Shown: positions 50,670 through 62,600 of the stretch, piece by piece
Layout of the letters: each line of letters starts with the position of its first letter
Numbering within the stretch: the first letter of the stretch is position 1
Assembly: GCA_051294375.1 (NCBI GenBank)
Contig: CM119267.1
Location: 13,552,015-13,616,014, forward strand
Source: Paraspadella gotoi
Lineage: Eukaryota; Animalia; Chaetognatha
DNA: 64,000 nucleotides
Direction of reading: 5' to 3'
Position numbers and translations under genes: made by a program
Notes under the pieces: model-generated
Seen by the model: only the letters and a program-made list of their open reading frames with translations
The model's database searches: none
Told to the model about the DNA's origin: nothing

Positions 50670-53600
50670 TCACTTTGGAGCGTAGTTAGGAGGTGTATAG
50701 TTAGGCTTAGGGGTTTTGGGAATGGCACCCGTATGCGGCATCGGTGTAATTTCGGGCTTTTCACGTCCATCGTCCATACATTCTGTTTTAGTAATGGAAA
50801 AGGCTTCGGATCCAGCCGTGTGAACAAACACTGAAGGCTGATCATCGGTTCTGTAAAAAAATTTAAACCACTGAGTCACAAAAATTATAAACATATTGTT
50901 TATGAGCTCTACGAAAAATACAAAACTTCCCTTCGGATCGGGGTCGAAGTTTTAAAAAAATCTATCTGTAAAATTTTAGCTAAAATAACCGCATTGAATC
51001 TCTGATTGATGCAATGATAACCAAAGGATTGACTCGATGATAGTCATTCATTGACTCGATGATAGTCATTCATTGACGCGATGATAGTCATTCATTGACG
51101 CGATGATAGTCAATCATTGACGCCATCAATGGAATAAAGTGCCAATGAATGACGTCAGGCACTTTTTTCCATCGATACCCCCTTGCTGCGGCTTCTGAAG
51201 CAGCGGACTATACCACACGCACAAAATTCGTATCTTTTGCTGCTTCCATCGTCGCTTTATGCGTCACTTCTTTTGTCGTAGCTCAATTGCGTGTATGAGA
51301 GAGAGAGAAAGAGAGAAAAAAAAATAGAGAGAAGCTGGACAGACGCTGCAGAGCGAAGTCGTTTTTAGACGAATCAGAAAAAGTTGCGACGGAAAAAAAA
51401 AAAAGAGAGAGCGCGACATATAATTAAAAGAGAGAGAAAAAGAGAGAAACTGGACAGCTGCTGCAGAGCTGACCTCGTCTATATATATAAAAATCTTAAA
51501 AGAATAGGATGGAGTCTGCCTTCAATGATAACCAAATATTGATGCGATGATAACCAAATATTGATGCGATGATGACCAAAAAAATAATCAGAATTATTCA
51601 AAAAACGAACGATGACGCAAGAGATCGTACAGAGAGAGACAGAGAGAATGAGACACAGAGAGAGAGAGAGACAGAGAGAGACCGCAAACAAATATTTAGA
51701 ACGTGTTAGAAATAAAATTGTTTTGTTAAGCATCAATTAACTTTTTTTTTCAATTGAAATAAGATTGAAGTCTTTTGTTCATCTAGTCCAAAATGAGGTT
51801 GAAAACCTTATCTATTGCATATTATTGAAAATGAATGAGATTGATATTGATTGTATGAAATGAAAACTCGTCGCGATAAAGCTAAACTATTTTCAATAAT
51901 AACGGTCAAAAAATTATAATCCCTATTAACAAAATATATAGTTGAAAATACTCAGTTAACGACTATGATATTTTTGACTTCCAAATATTTTTTTTACTTA
52001 TCCAAAGAAATTTTATTTCCTCATGTTAGAAAATTTTAATCTTGAATAAACTTTTTTTGGTTGAGGAAAAAACCAGACTGAGGTAAAAAAAACAAAACAA
52101 AAACACAAAAAGGTCAAAACTGTTTTAATTGGCGGGTCTTTAGGTAGGATAAATGGGGATGGTCAAATAGTATGGGGTAACTTGATTAAAAATGTTAGAG
52201 TTGGTTATTGGACTTTATTTAGCTAAAGTATTTGAAACTTGATATTAAGATGAATAAGATAAGGGTATTGTGTATTGTTTTGTATTGTTAGTCATGTTTC
52301 ATTTATTAAAAAATAAAAAAAATAAATAGATCTAGATATGACAAGATTTCTGGAAAGATAATTATTACTTTTTGTGACAAGATTTCTGGAAAGCTTTAAT
52401 GCTAATTGAGCATAAACCTTAACAATACCATAACTTAAATATAAAATAAATATAATATATATTATATAAATATATATATAAATATAATATAACTATAAAC
52501 CATAACACTAATTCTTAACCATAATCATATGTGTAGAATCAGTCTTTTTACACTAATTAAACATAATTAAATAATTAAATTGACTCTGCCACAAACCATG
52601 ACTAACACTAACTTAATCTTAAACATTATCTTAAACTTCAAAATTAACCTTAACCTTAATTCTAATTTTAACCTGGATTTTTTATTTAGATTTTTAGTTT
52701 TAACTTTAACCTTTATATTTAACGTTAACAAATCTTAAGATAAATGCATCATTTTTAGATATCTATTAATAATCAGTACTGTATCGTATAACTCATTTAT
52801 GGTAAATGCTTGAAGTAGGAGTCTACGTCGTTCTTAGAGATCGAGGAAGACTTTTTCAATGGAGATTTTCGTTCAAATCTGACTACCAAACAATATAAAC
52901 GCTCCTGGTAAAAATTCTGGTAAAATATCGATGTAAAAACACTTGATTCCGATCCTGTTGTATCTGAAGGGCTCGAATTTTTTTTCTCTTGTCAAATCAT
53001 CAACATCTTGATAACAAAAAAGCCAGAACAAATAGACTGCTTCAGTGCTTCTGGACGGAAAAATTTTCTATCTCTGATTTTATATAGAAATGAAAGGGTT
53101 TTTTTCCTTGAAAACAATATAAAAGTGACTGAGGTATGTTCCTGTTCAACAAATGAGGTCCAATTTTGGAATCCTTTGGCAAAGTGTCTGAAGGGCTCTC
53201 AAAATTTTTCTTTACATTTTATTTTGTTATTTTGATATGATACGATCATGGGAAAGTGAATTAGTCCATTTTGGTGAAATTTTTATTTAAAGTAAAAGTA
53301 AAAGGGGAGCTAACGATCGGAATTCTAAGAGTTTTCAACCGGGAGTCAGATTTGTGAAAAATCTTCTATGGGCTCTACTCCCGCTTCGGGTATTTTATAC
53401 AATGATTTTGAAATTTGAATAACTATCATTTATTTTCATCCCACTGATAAATATAGGACATTCTTCAGTTAAAAAAACGGTTGGCTATAGTTATATTTTC
53501 CTTATTACATCGAGCACACTAGGTGAATTTCTATGCCTTCAAAATACGGTAAGACATGATTTCTTCAATCAAATCTTGATTAATTTAAGAAAACAGTATT

Positions 53601-56600
53601 TGCGATTTTTCATGTTAAGGACAACTTTTAAGGATCAAATTGCTCGTAGGAATTTACGCGTCAATCAGATTCACAGAACTCTTCAGAATAAAGATGACAC
53701 TTAAAAATTTTCTTTTTTCCCCTCCATTTTACTTTTTCCTTCTCTTTCTCCCTCTCTGTCACTCTTTCTTTCCCTCCTTTAATACTTCTCTCATCCCTTT
53801 CCTCTCTTTTGCCTTTTTTCCCCTTCTTATTTCTTTCTTCCTTTTTATTTCTGCTTTTCTTTTTCTATCATCGATTCTCTCTCTCCTTTTTTGTCTTTTC
53901 TTTTCTTTCCTTCTCTCTTGTTCTCAACCTCCTCTTAATCTTTTTTCTACTTTCTACTTTCTACTCTCCCTCTACTTTATTTTCACACACTCATTCTCCC
54001 TCCACTTCTCTTTGTTTCCCTCTACAATTTTTTTTTATTATATTTTTAAAAATAAACAGAGTTATTATATATTCTCTCTCTCTGATATTTTTTTCTGAAA
54101 TGTTGATTATCAGGGCTAAAATCTATTATGTTTGCAGAAAATATATGTTATATTCTATGCCTCAAGGTGTTGCGCGTTCTATACGTCGCCCGTTTAAAGA
54201 ATTCGACGAGAGTCTTTGGATAATTATTGTTTTATTAGTATCAATAATGTCAAAAACCCTCGTCGTACTCTTTAAACGGGCGACGTCTTGAACGCGCGAC
54301 ACCTTGAGGCACAGAAAATAACATTTATTTTTTGCAGTAGAAACTTTAATTAACGGGCAGACGCTAACTTGCTTCGATCATAATCGTTTCACAGAAAAAG
54401 ATCGGCCGTCGGATGAATAGGCTTTATCATGGAAAAAAAGAATTTTCGTAACGAATTTATTGTACGACACATATTTTGCCATTGGTTTACTTATACAAGA
54501 ATAAACCTATTCACGATTTATTCGACATTTATATATCTTTGAGATTTTGAAAACCTTGCTCCATATTAAAGCCAGTGCATCCGACCGCCGACACCTTGAA
54601 CGCGCCGCATCGAAAATAATAAATATTTTCTACAATGTTCTTTTATTTTATAATCTCTCCAAATTATTTTTTTTATTTCGAGCCGAAAAGTTTTATTTTA
54701 CGTTGAGATTTCTTCGGTGCAGCCGCCTATTGATTTTATTTCAATTTTAGTCGCCTAGCAAATTTAGTAAATCGACAGATTTTGCGGAAAATATTTTCCG
54801 CAAAATCTGTCGATTCTCAGAAAAAAGTCCTGACTTTTTCCATTGGATTAAAAGGATGCGGTTTATGTTTATTAATCAACGTCAGTATGTATATCATCTT
54901 TTTAAAACTAATAAATGAGTTGAAAATATTCTCAAAAAGTCACAAATAAATAGACGTCTTTAAAAATTATTTGTGGCTAAACGAAACAGGTTTTTTGATA
55001 ATTTTGTAGGTATTAAAAGCTTATAGGCTATATTTTCTGTTAATTTAAACTAATTTGAACAATTTTCGTTTAACAAATTATAATAAAAAACTAGAAATGA
55101 AACTTTTTGACTTTGTCAACTTTAAAATTAATTCATAGGCAAACTATAAATGATTTAAGAAATAAAATTACCCAGAGGCGAAGAAGATAAGGAAGAACGG
55201 ATTTCCCAATTAAAAAATTTATATATAATTTGAAAAAACAAAAGAAAGGCAAAAAAATGTTACAATTAAAATCATAGCTTGTAAAAGTTTTTTTTTATTT
55301 GTATTAAAATTAATATATAGCTTCTCATTAAAAAGGTCTTTTGATTTCACATGTTTTTTTATTGATTCAAAGATTTGTTTATGAATTTCATCTTCAACAT
55401 TATTTACTGCAATATGTAAATTATTATTAAAGCATTTCTATATTATAATGAGTATTATAATCTCATCTCCATATTGCAGTAAATCATAATGAAGTGGAAA
55501 TTCAAAGAAAAAAATACTTGAATCCAAATGTAATATAAAAAATTCAAAGCTATTTCAAAATGAGAAGCCATATTTAATTTTTTAACTTATTATGATTGCA
55601 CACTTTTATAAAACTTCATCGTAATTCATAATAATTTTTATTTAAAATAAAACGGTAAGTCCCAGCCAAAACTATAAAAGCGTAGTGTTTTTATATAAAC
55701 AAGTTTGAGCAAACAATGTCGGATCTGCTTACGATAAGTGGTAATAAGCTAACTTGGTCAACTTGTACTCATAATTTGGTCAACTGACATAATTGTTATT
55801 TTCAACTGACATAATTATAATACGATCAACTGACATAATTGTATCAACTGACATAATTTATCAACTGACATAATTTGATCAACTGACATAATTTTGGATC
55901 AACTGACATAATTTGATCAACTGACATAATTTGATCAACTTGCAGAATTTTGTCAACTGGCATATTTTGTCAATTGGCATAATTTGGTCAACTGGCATAA
56001 TTTGGTCAACTGGCATAATTTGGTCAACTTGCAGAACTTGATCAACTTGCAGAATTTGGTCAACTGGTATTTTTGTCAATTGGCATTATTGGTCAATCAA
56101 TCAATCAGAAAAAAATTCAAATAAATATGTCTTTTGGTTTTCTAATTTTAACTCTTTTCCACTCCTACGATTCCATCAAAAAATTTATATCCAGCTTTAT
56201 CACATTACTTTCCTACCCACACAAAAAAATTCAATTTCGATTTATCTATCCAATTTTTAATAAACATAATAATTATGAGTAAATTTAAGTAAAAATACTT
56301 CAAGTAAATATGACTTTTGTTTTTTCCATTTTAACTCATTTCCACTCGCACGATTCCATCGAAACTTTATATCCAGCTCAATCTCACACTTCCCTACCAT
56401 CATACAAAATTTCAAGTCAATTGCCCTATCCACTCATGAGCAATTGGCGTTCAAATAGTGAAATTTTTTTTTTTCCCCATTAAACCAATTTCCACTCGCA
56501 CGATTCCCTCAAACTTCATATCCATCTCAATCACACAGTTTCCTACCCCACACACAAAATTTCATACCAATCCATCCATCCAATCACGAGTAATTGGAGT

Positions 56601-59600
56601 TTTTTGCTAAGGTGGGACGGACGGGGTACGGACGGACATTTTTTTGCATAATTTATCATAATTCGATGTTCTGACATGATATAAGTGTGTGCCCGACAAT
56701 ATTGAGGGGGCGGACCGACGGACCGACAAAGTGAATTATAGAGTCGGGATCTGCTGATAAGCAGATCGACTAAAAAGCGTGAAGCCGACGCACTGTCACG
56801 AAGCTCACCCGAAACAATATCGAGCCTGGACCGGCTTCGCCGGCAGTCTTGATAAAAATTGTTTTGTAAATGAAACAAACAAATGAGTGTAGGAATATGA
56901 AACATAATTTAAATGTTAAAACATTGTGACGACGACAACGGTCAAAAGAAGCAGAAACGAATTAACATCTCGCCCAAGTCGGACATTCGCCCGTCTGGAG
57001 AGATATTAACGAAAAGTAACTCGCGGCGAACTAAGTTTCAAACAAGAAAATACCCGTGGTGCACTTCGTGAGTGGCGTTGGGCGTAAGTCCCGCCAAGCG
57101 TTGGGCTATATCGAAACCGAGAAGATCCGCGGGTGGGGCCGTTTTAGGTGCGCCCTCTTTCGGCTGTTCGTACCCCACAACAGGAGACATGGGCGGCGAT
57201 ATTAAAAACTGCTTCTCTAAGGGAGGAGGTTTCAGAAACTGTTCCGCCTTTTCGCTCAGTTTCTATAAGCAAAAACAGTAAGTTAAAACTGCTTAATTTA
57301 CAACTTCCCATTGCTGTATAATTATAATTTATTAATATTGCGATATTGAAGTGACCGACAGGACAGGGGGTTCTCCGTGTCCCTCTGACGGATAGCCTCA
57401 GATTTTCCCGTCAATTGCCTTGGTTTCCGGAACTTCGGATTTGGCTTGCTACCGTGGGTTAAACCGGCCCGTCACTTTTGCAAGGACAAAGGGCTAGAAC
57501 CGTGAATCAAGGAGTTCGGTTTGGAACAGTCTCATCAAACGAAGTAGTAGTGACTCACTACAATATACAGAAGGCTTCATATTATAAAATGTGTGTAACA
57601 TTGGTTCGGTATTATTTCCACCGCCGCTCAGTCTGTCCATCCATTTTTTTCCGTTCGCGCCAAATCAATTGGCTCAGAGGGGGAAAACACCATCCCAGGC
57701 GTAGTGTTATATCCACAGTTCTAACGACTTCCCTCTGCGTTGGCAAAGCGAGACCTTCCTAGGGTAACCGCGCCAGTGACTGGAGGCGTCACTGAGGGTC
57801 GGAAGCCCCCAAAGCAACAGTGAGATGCCCCATCCCAATGGGCACACAGAGCAACCCGGCTGTTGCCATAAGTGGTGAGCCCTACTATCGAACATGCACC
57901 TTATCAGGGTACGCTACGACAAACGCCTATGCCCTGCCAACTTCGGGTATGCTACGACAAACGCCTATGCCCCTGGGGTACGCTACGACAAACGCCTATG
58001 CCCCACAACTCGCTCTCTCTCTCCTCTCCCACTATGGTAGCAGTCTTGTCAGACACCTTTCAGGCTTGAGGAACCCGAGTGAGGTCTTGCCCGGAGATCC
58101 TGTGGCGGTATATTCCCACCCCTCCTCACGCCACCATCCGTCAGCCAAATCAATTGGCTCAGAGGGGGAACACACCATCCCAGGCGTAGTGTTCCATCCA
58201 CAGTCCTAACGACTTCCCTCTGCAGTTGGCAAAGCGAGGCCGTCCTAGGGTAACGCGCGCCAGTGACTGGAGGCGTCACTGAGGGTCGGAAGCCCCCAAA
58301 GCCAACAGTGAGATGCCCCATCTCAATGGGCATCACAGGCAACCCGGCTGTTGCCATAGTACCCCTTTTTTGTGACCAGAACACGTTCCGAGAAAACTTC
58401 TGGACCAAATTATTGAAATTTGGAAAATGAACGACCCCTATGTGAATACAAATAGAAATATCAAGGCGAAGTTCAATAATTGACCACTGAGCCGAGATAT
58501 GGGCCCTCTGGGGGGTCACCCATTGGGGCAAAAAATGGTCAAAGATTTTTTACAAATTTTTCAAATATTTTTTTCTTGAACAGTTGCACAGACGTTTACT
58601 CTTCCACAAAAACCTATTTATTACCTCAAAAATGTTAATTTACCTTAATTTTTAGCTTCATGAACATCAGCTGTTCAAGTCAGATTTGGAATAATTTTAG
58701 AAAATTGGAAGTAAAACGATGAACCATGCATCTTCTAACAATGCTTAATTATTGAAAATTTGTCAATTTTAGTTCTAAAATGTTTTTTTTATATGTTTAA
58801 GACGTCAATGCACCTGATGCTACTAAAAAATATTAAAATAAAAAAATAAAAATTTTTAGCCTTTTTTGGCCCCCCAGGGGTCTAGCCCCAGGACCCTGTA
58901 TCTCTTGTCAGGGGTTGAATATCAAAATTCGCCTCGATAGTTCCATTTATATTGTCATTAGGACTGTATATGTAAAATTTCATAAAATTCGATCGAGTAC
59001 TTAGGTTCTGGTCACAAAAAAGGGGTACCACATTTTATAATATGAAGCCTTCTGTACTTATTTTGTATGTTAAAAAATATTAAAAAACATTACCGCATTT
59101 TCAAACTGTTTGAATGTTCACTGTTGTTCAGATAGTACCTGAGCGAAGTAGCATCTTAGCTTTTCGCCCTCGAGCTCCAGGCCGTCGAACTTGTCTCTAG
59201 CGGTGGAGGCTTTCCCACGGGAGCTAAAATCTACGCGGGCACGCCGGAACGACTTGAGATATATAAAGTGAGCATCGCCGTCCAGTTCGAGAAACATGGA
59301 TTCCAGTTGGCGTTTTTTTTCTATGTCCCTGAATGTACATGGTATATTTGAAACCCGCCGCTAGAAAAAATTCACCAAACGAAAACGTGAAAAAGATTAA
59401 CATTTTGAAAATAAATACACAAGATATACTCATTTTTTAGGTATAGATATCAGTTCTTTCGGTTTACTTCTACTTTAACAGGAAGAGGTATAAGAAAGCT
59501 TAGAAAATGATCTCGCTGCTCTATAGACTAATATTTTTTAATAAAAAAAATTTGTTTTACTTTCTGGACGATTTATAAAAAAATCTTTCAAAAAATAACA

Positions 59601-62600
59601 ACAATATTGATATTGCCTGAAACCCCTTAAAAAACTATACTATTTTTTATATGACACAATGAAAGTTAGAGTGGCGTAGTGTATGCAGCCATGAAAAAAA
59701 TCGGTGATTGAAATCGTCATCTCTGAATAGGTTATATGAAAAATCATGGTTTTCTTCATATATGAAAAAAAAATCAATGCTAAATAATATTTAGTAGCTA
59801 GGATATGACTAAATATAGGATAATAAAAAAAAATTAATATATAAAATTTTTTTTTCTTGTAATAGTCCAATTCTACAAACCATTTTATCCGTTTATCTGT
59901 CCACCCCTCATATCTTGTTGGTAAATTACTTGGTTCATCTTAGAATACAACTATAGCCTCCCTTCTCAAGACAAACTAAAAAATATACTGGCATTGTGGC
60001 CAACTTGGAGTAATCTCTATGGAGGATTGGGATTGCTCCATAGCCACCTTCCTCACTCCTCTTAGACACCAGGGCGGCACCAAGAGATGGTAAAGTTGGG
60101 GGAGCACATGTTGAAGGGAATAAAGAGAGAGGAGAGTGAGGAATCAGATTGAGACGCGGAATAATATTTATTTATTAATTTAATATTTTATTATTAATGT
60201 TTTTTGGTAATTATTTAAATAATTGATTTGAGTTAGGATATTTATTGTTTCATTGATTAAATGGAGCTGTATTGGATTAGGGTGCTTTAATTTTGAATTT
60301 TATAGTTTTGTTATCTTTAATTATATTGGGTTAAACAACATTTACTTAGTAAATTTTTTATTTGATTTTAGTTATGGTAATATTATTATTTTGTTTATTA
60401 AAAATAATAATATTAGATTAAAATATTTTAATTTAAAATTATTAGTCAGAATAGAAGTACTAGAAGTACTAGAAGTATCGTTTTGTAAAAATACTGTTTT
60501 GTTGTTTTTAATATTACCTTATTACATCTCTATTATATTGGTTGTACCAATTTCATATAAATATAAGAATGTAAGTATGGCCTTTCAGATAGACTGACCG
60601 ACCATATAACCAACTTAAAAATAAAATATAATCAGTCAGATAGATAACAATATAATATACAGTATTATTTCTGATTAAAAACTAAATTGGAAGATATTCT
60701 ACAACTTTCAAAATAGCGAACCTAATTTTTGTGGAATTGTAACAAGCGATTATAAAGCATATGTTACGCTTAAAGGTTCTATAATTTTTACGAGAGGTCG
60801 GTTTTTTCCTATTTTGGGGAAGTACCTAAAATCAGCCGTTACGGGTGAGTTAGAAATGAGATCCCCCTAAAATATCCTAATTTGTGGTCTTACCTGTAAG
60901 TAAACAAACCGGCATGCCTTGTTCCAGATCTGAAGCCTAAACTTTTATTTTCTCTAAGCTCGGAAAACTTTTTTTTTGCGCAGTAATATAAATTTTTGTC
61001 ATTTCTTCCTTTCGTTAATGGAAAAAAAGATATTTTGCTATTTCTGTATTATGAAAATTTGCAAATTACTTGTTTCACTATTTTCTATTTTTATATTTTA
61101 TGAAGGATTTAGTATTTATTACTATTTAATCTATATTATTTAAACAAATATATATTGCTTTCTTTTTTAAAAATGTTTTATCTAATAATTCAATTTGGGA
61201 AGGGGAAGTCAGTGTTGTCTTCTGGAAATAGAGGGAGCATCTATACAACACAAGGTTAGATTACTATCTGTCCTAGTTTTCTAATAGATATCACACATCA
61301 TTTCTGTTAGAAAGTCATTTATGAAAAATCATAATATCTATATTTTTTGTACGTTCTTTGTAATTGGTAAAAATAATAAAATTTTCAAGTTTGAATATTA
61401 TTTTGCTTATTTCTGTGTGATATTTTTAAACGGATAGCGGCAATTAGGGATTAGAGCTGGTAGTGGAAGTTACATAAAAATTATGAACAACATACCATCA
61501 GTGAATATTAACTTATAAAAAACTATATTTAATATATAAAATTTGAATTATCAGCTTAAAATATAGGTTTTTTTATATTTGATCAACTTAATGAAAGAAT
61601 TTTTTAAAAAAGAGTTATATTTCTTTATATCAACTTTTTCATGACGAATCCAAATCTTTAAAAAAATATTAAAAAAAAACTATTTTGAAATTTTAACATT
61701 TATTGTTAGTATAGTATAATATGGCCTACTGAGTAAAATTATAAAATTTATTATAAAATTTTTTTATACATAAATGTTCATATTAGTATAATGTTGTTCG
61801 TTCCTCACTTTTAGAATTTTGATTAAAGTTAAATTAAGCCAGCTCACTTTGAGCTCTATCTTAACTCTTATACTTCACTATAATAATAATTGCTTAACTA
61901 TCCTCTTACCTCTATTTCCTTCACATTTCAAATTTCACAATTTCATCTTCACTAACTTATTTATTCACAGTAGTTAATTGTTAACACTAATCATTAAGTT
62001 TCAAACAATACTTATCTTTGTTGTACATTGCACAATGTATTATTTTTCAAGTTCTCTCACTCTCTTTCTCTCCTTCTCTCCTCTCTCACCATTTCAATTT
62101 CTTTTCACAAACTGGCTCTATTTGTTTCACCTTAATCTGTCCTCACAATTGACCACTGCCTTTCTCAACTCTGTGTTGGAAACTTTGCCCACTCTCTCTC
62201 TTTTCTCTCTCATGCACATAATTTGTTTCAAATTCACTCACTCTTTTTAATGCTGATGAAGGCTTGTACAGCCGAAACATGTCCGTTTTTTATTAAAATA
62301 AAATCGTTGTTGAAAATTCATTTCAAACTCTTCTAATTATTACACAACGAAAAGAAAGGATTATACACAATGAAAAAAGAGTTATATTTCTTTATATCAA
62401 CTTTTCATGACGAATCCAAATCTTCAAAAAAATATTACAAAAAACTATTTTGAAATTTTAACATTTTATTGGATTAGTACTAGTATAAATATGGCCTACT
62501 ACGTAAATTATAAAATTTATTATAAAATTTTTTTATACATTAATGTTCACTAGTATAATGTTGTTCGTTCCTCACTTTTAGAATTTTGATTCAAGTTAAA

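Larger units (their letters stand above)
57594..58358 (+). mobile_element. Non-autonomous LTR-type element (TRIM/retrozyme-like): LTRs 57594-57870 and 58101-58358, PBS-like site at 57873, twister motif in each LTR
   Basis: Direct repeats ending TTGCCATA. TGGTGAGCCC lies 2 nt after the first repeat. Internal 3x GGGTACGCTACGACAAACGCCTATGCCC. No ORF. Inserted into the TIR of a MITE. Confidence 0.75.
57568..59054. mobile_element. Same MITE family, carrying the nested LTR-twister element
   Basis: TA-CAGAAGGCTTC...GAAGCCTTCTG-TA; left TIR interrupted at 57593. Confidence 0.8.

Noticed and set aside
50579-50845. 88-aa minus-strand ORF
   Set aside because: Alternative frame of RCAN exon 4; the RCAN frame matches family motifs and splice phase.
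55755-56095. CRISPR-like or repeat-protein interpretation (VDQIMP repeats)
   Set aside because: Head-to-tail 18-bp minisatellite with no unique spacers, inside a HINE; eukaryotic context and no cas genes.
57072-57281. Plus-strand 69-aa ORF
   Set aside because: Antisense shadow of RCAN exon 3; likewise 4226-4522 and 4589-4993 shadow the SIM-gene exon.
57907-58004. Three 28-bp repeats with short spacers as a mini-CRISPR
   Set aside because: Spacers are only ~3-11 nt and the repeats lie inside an LTR-type element.
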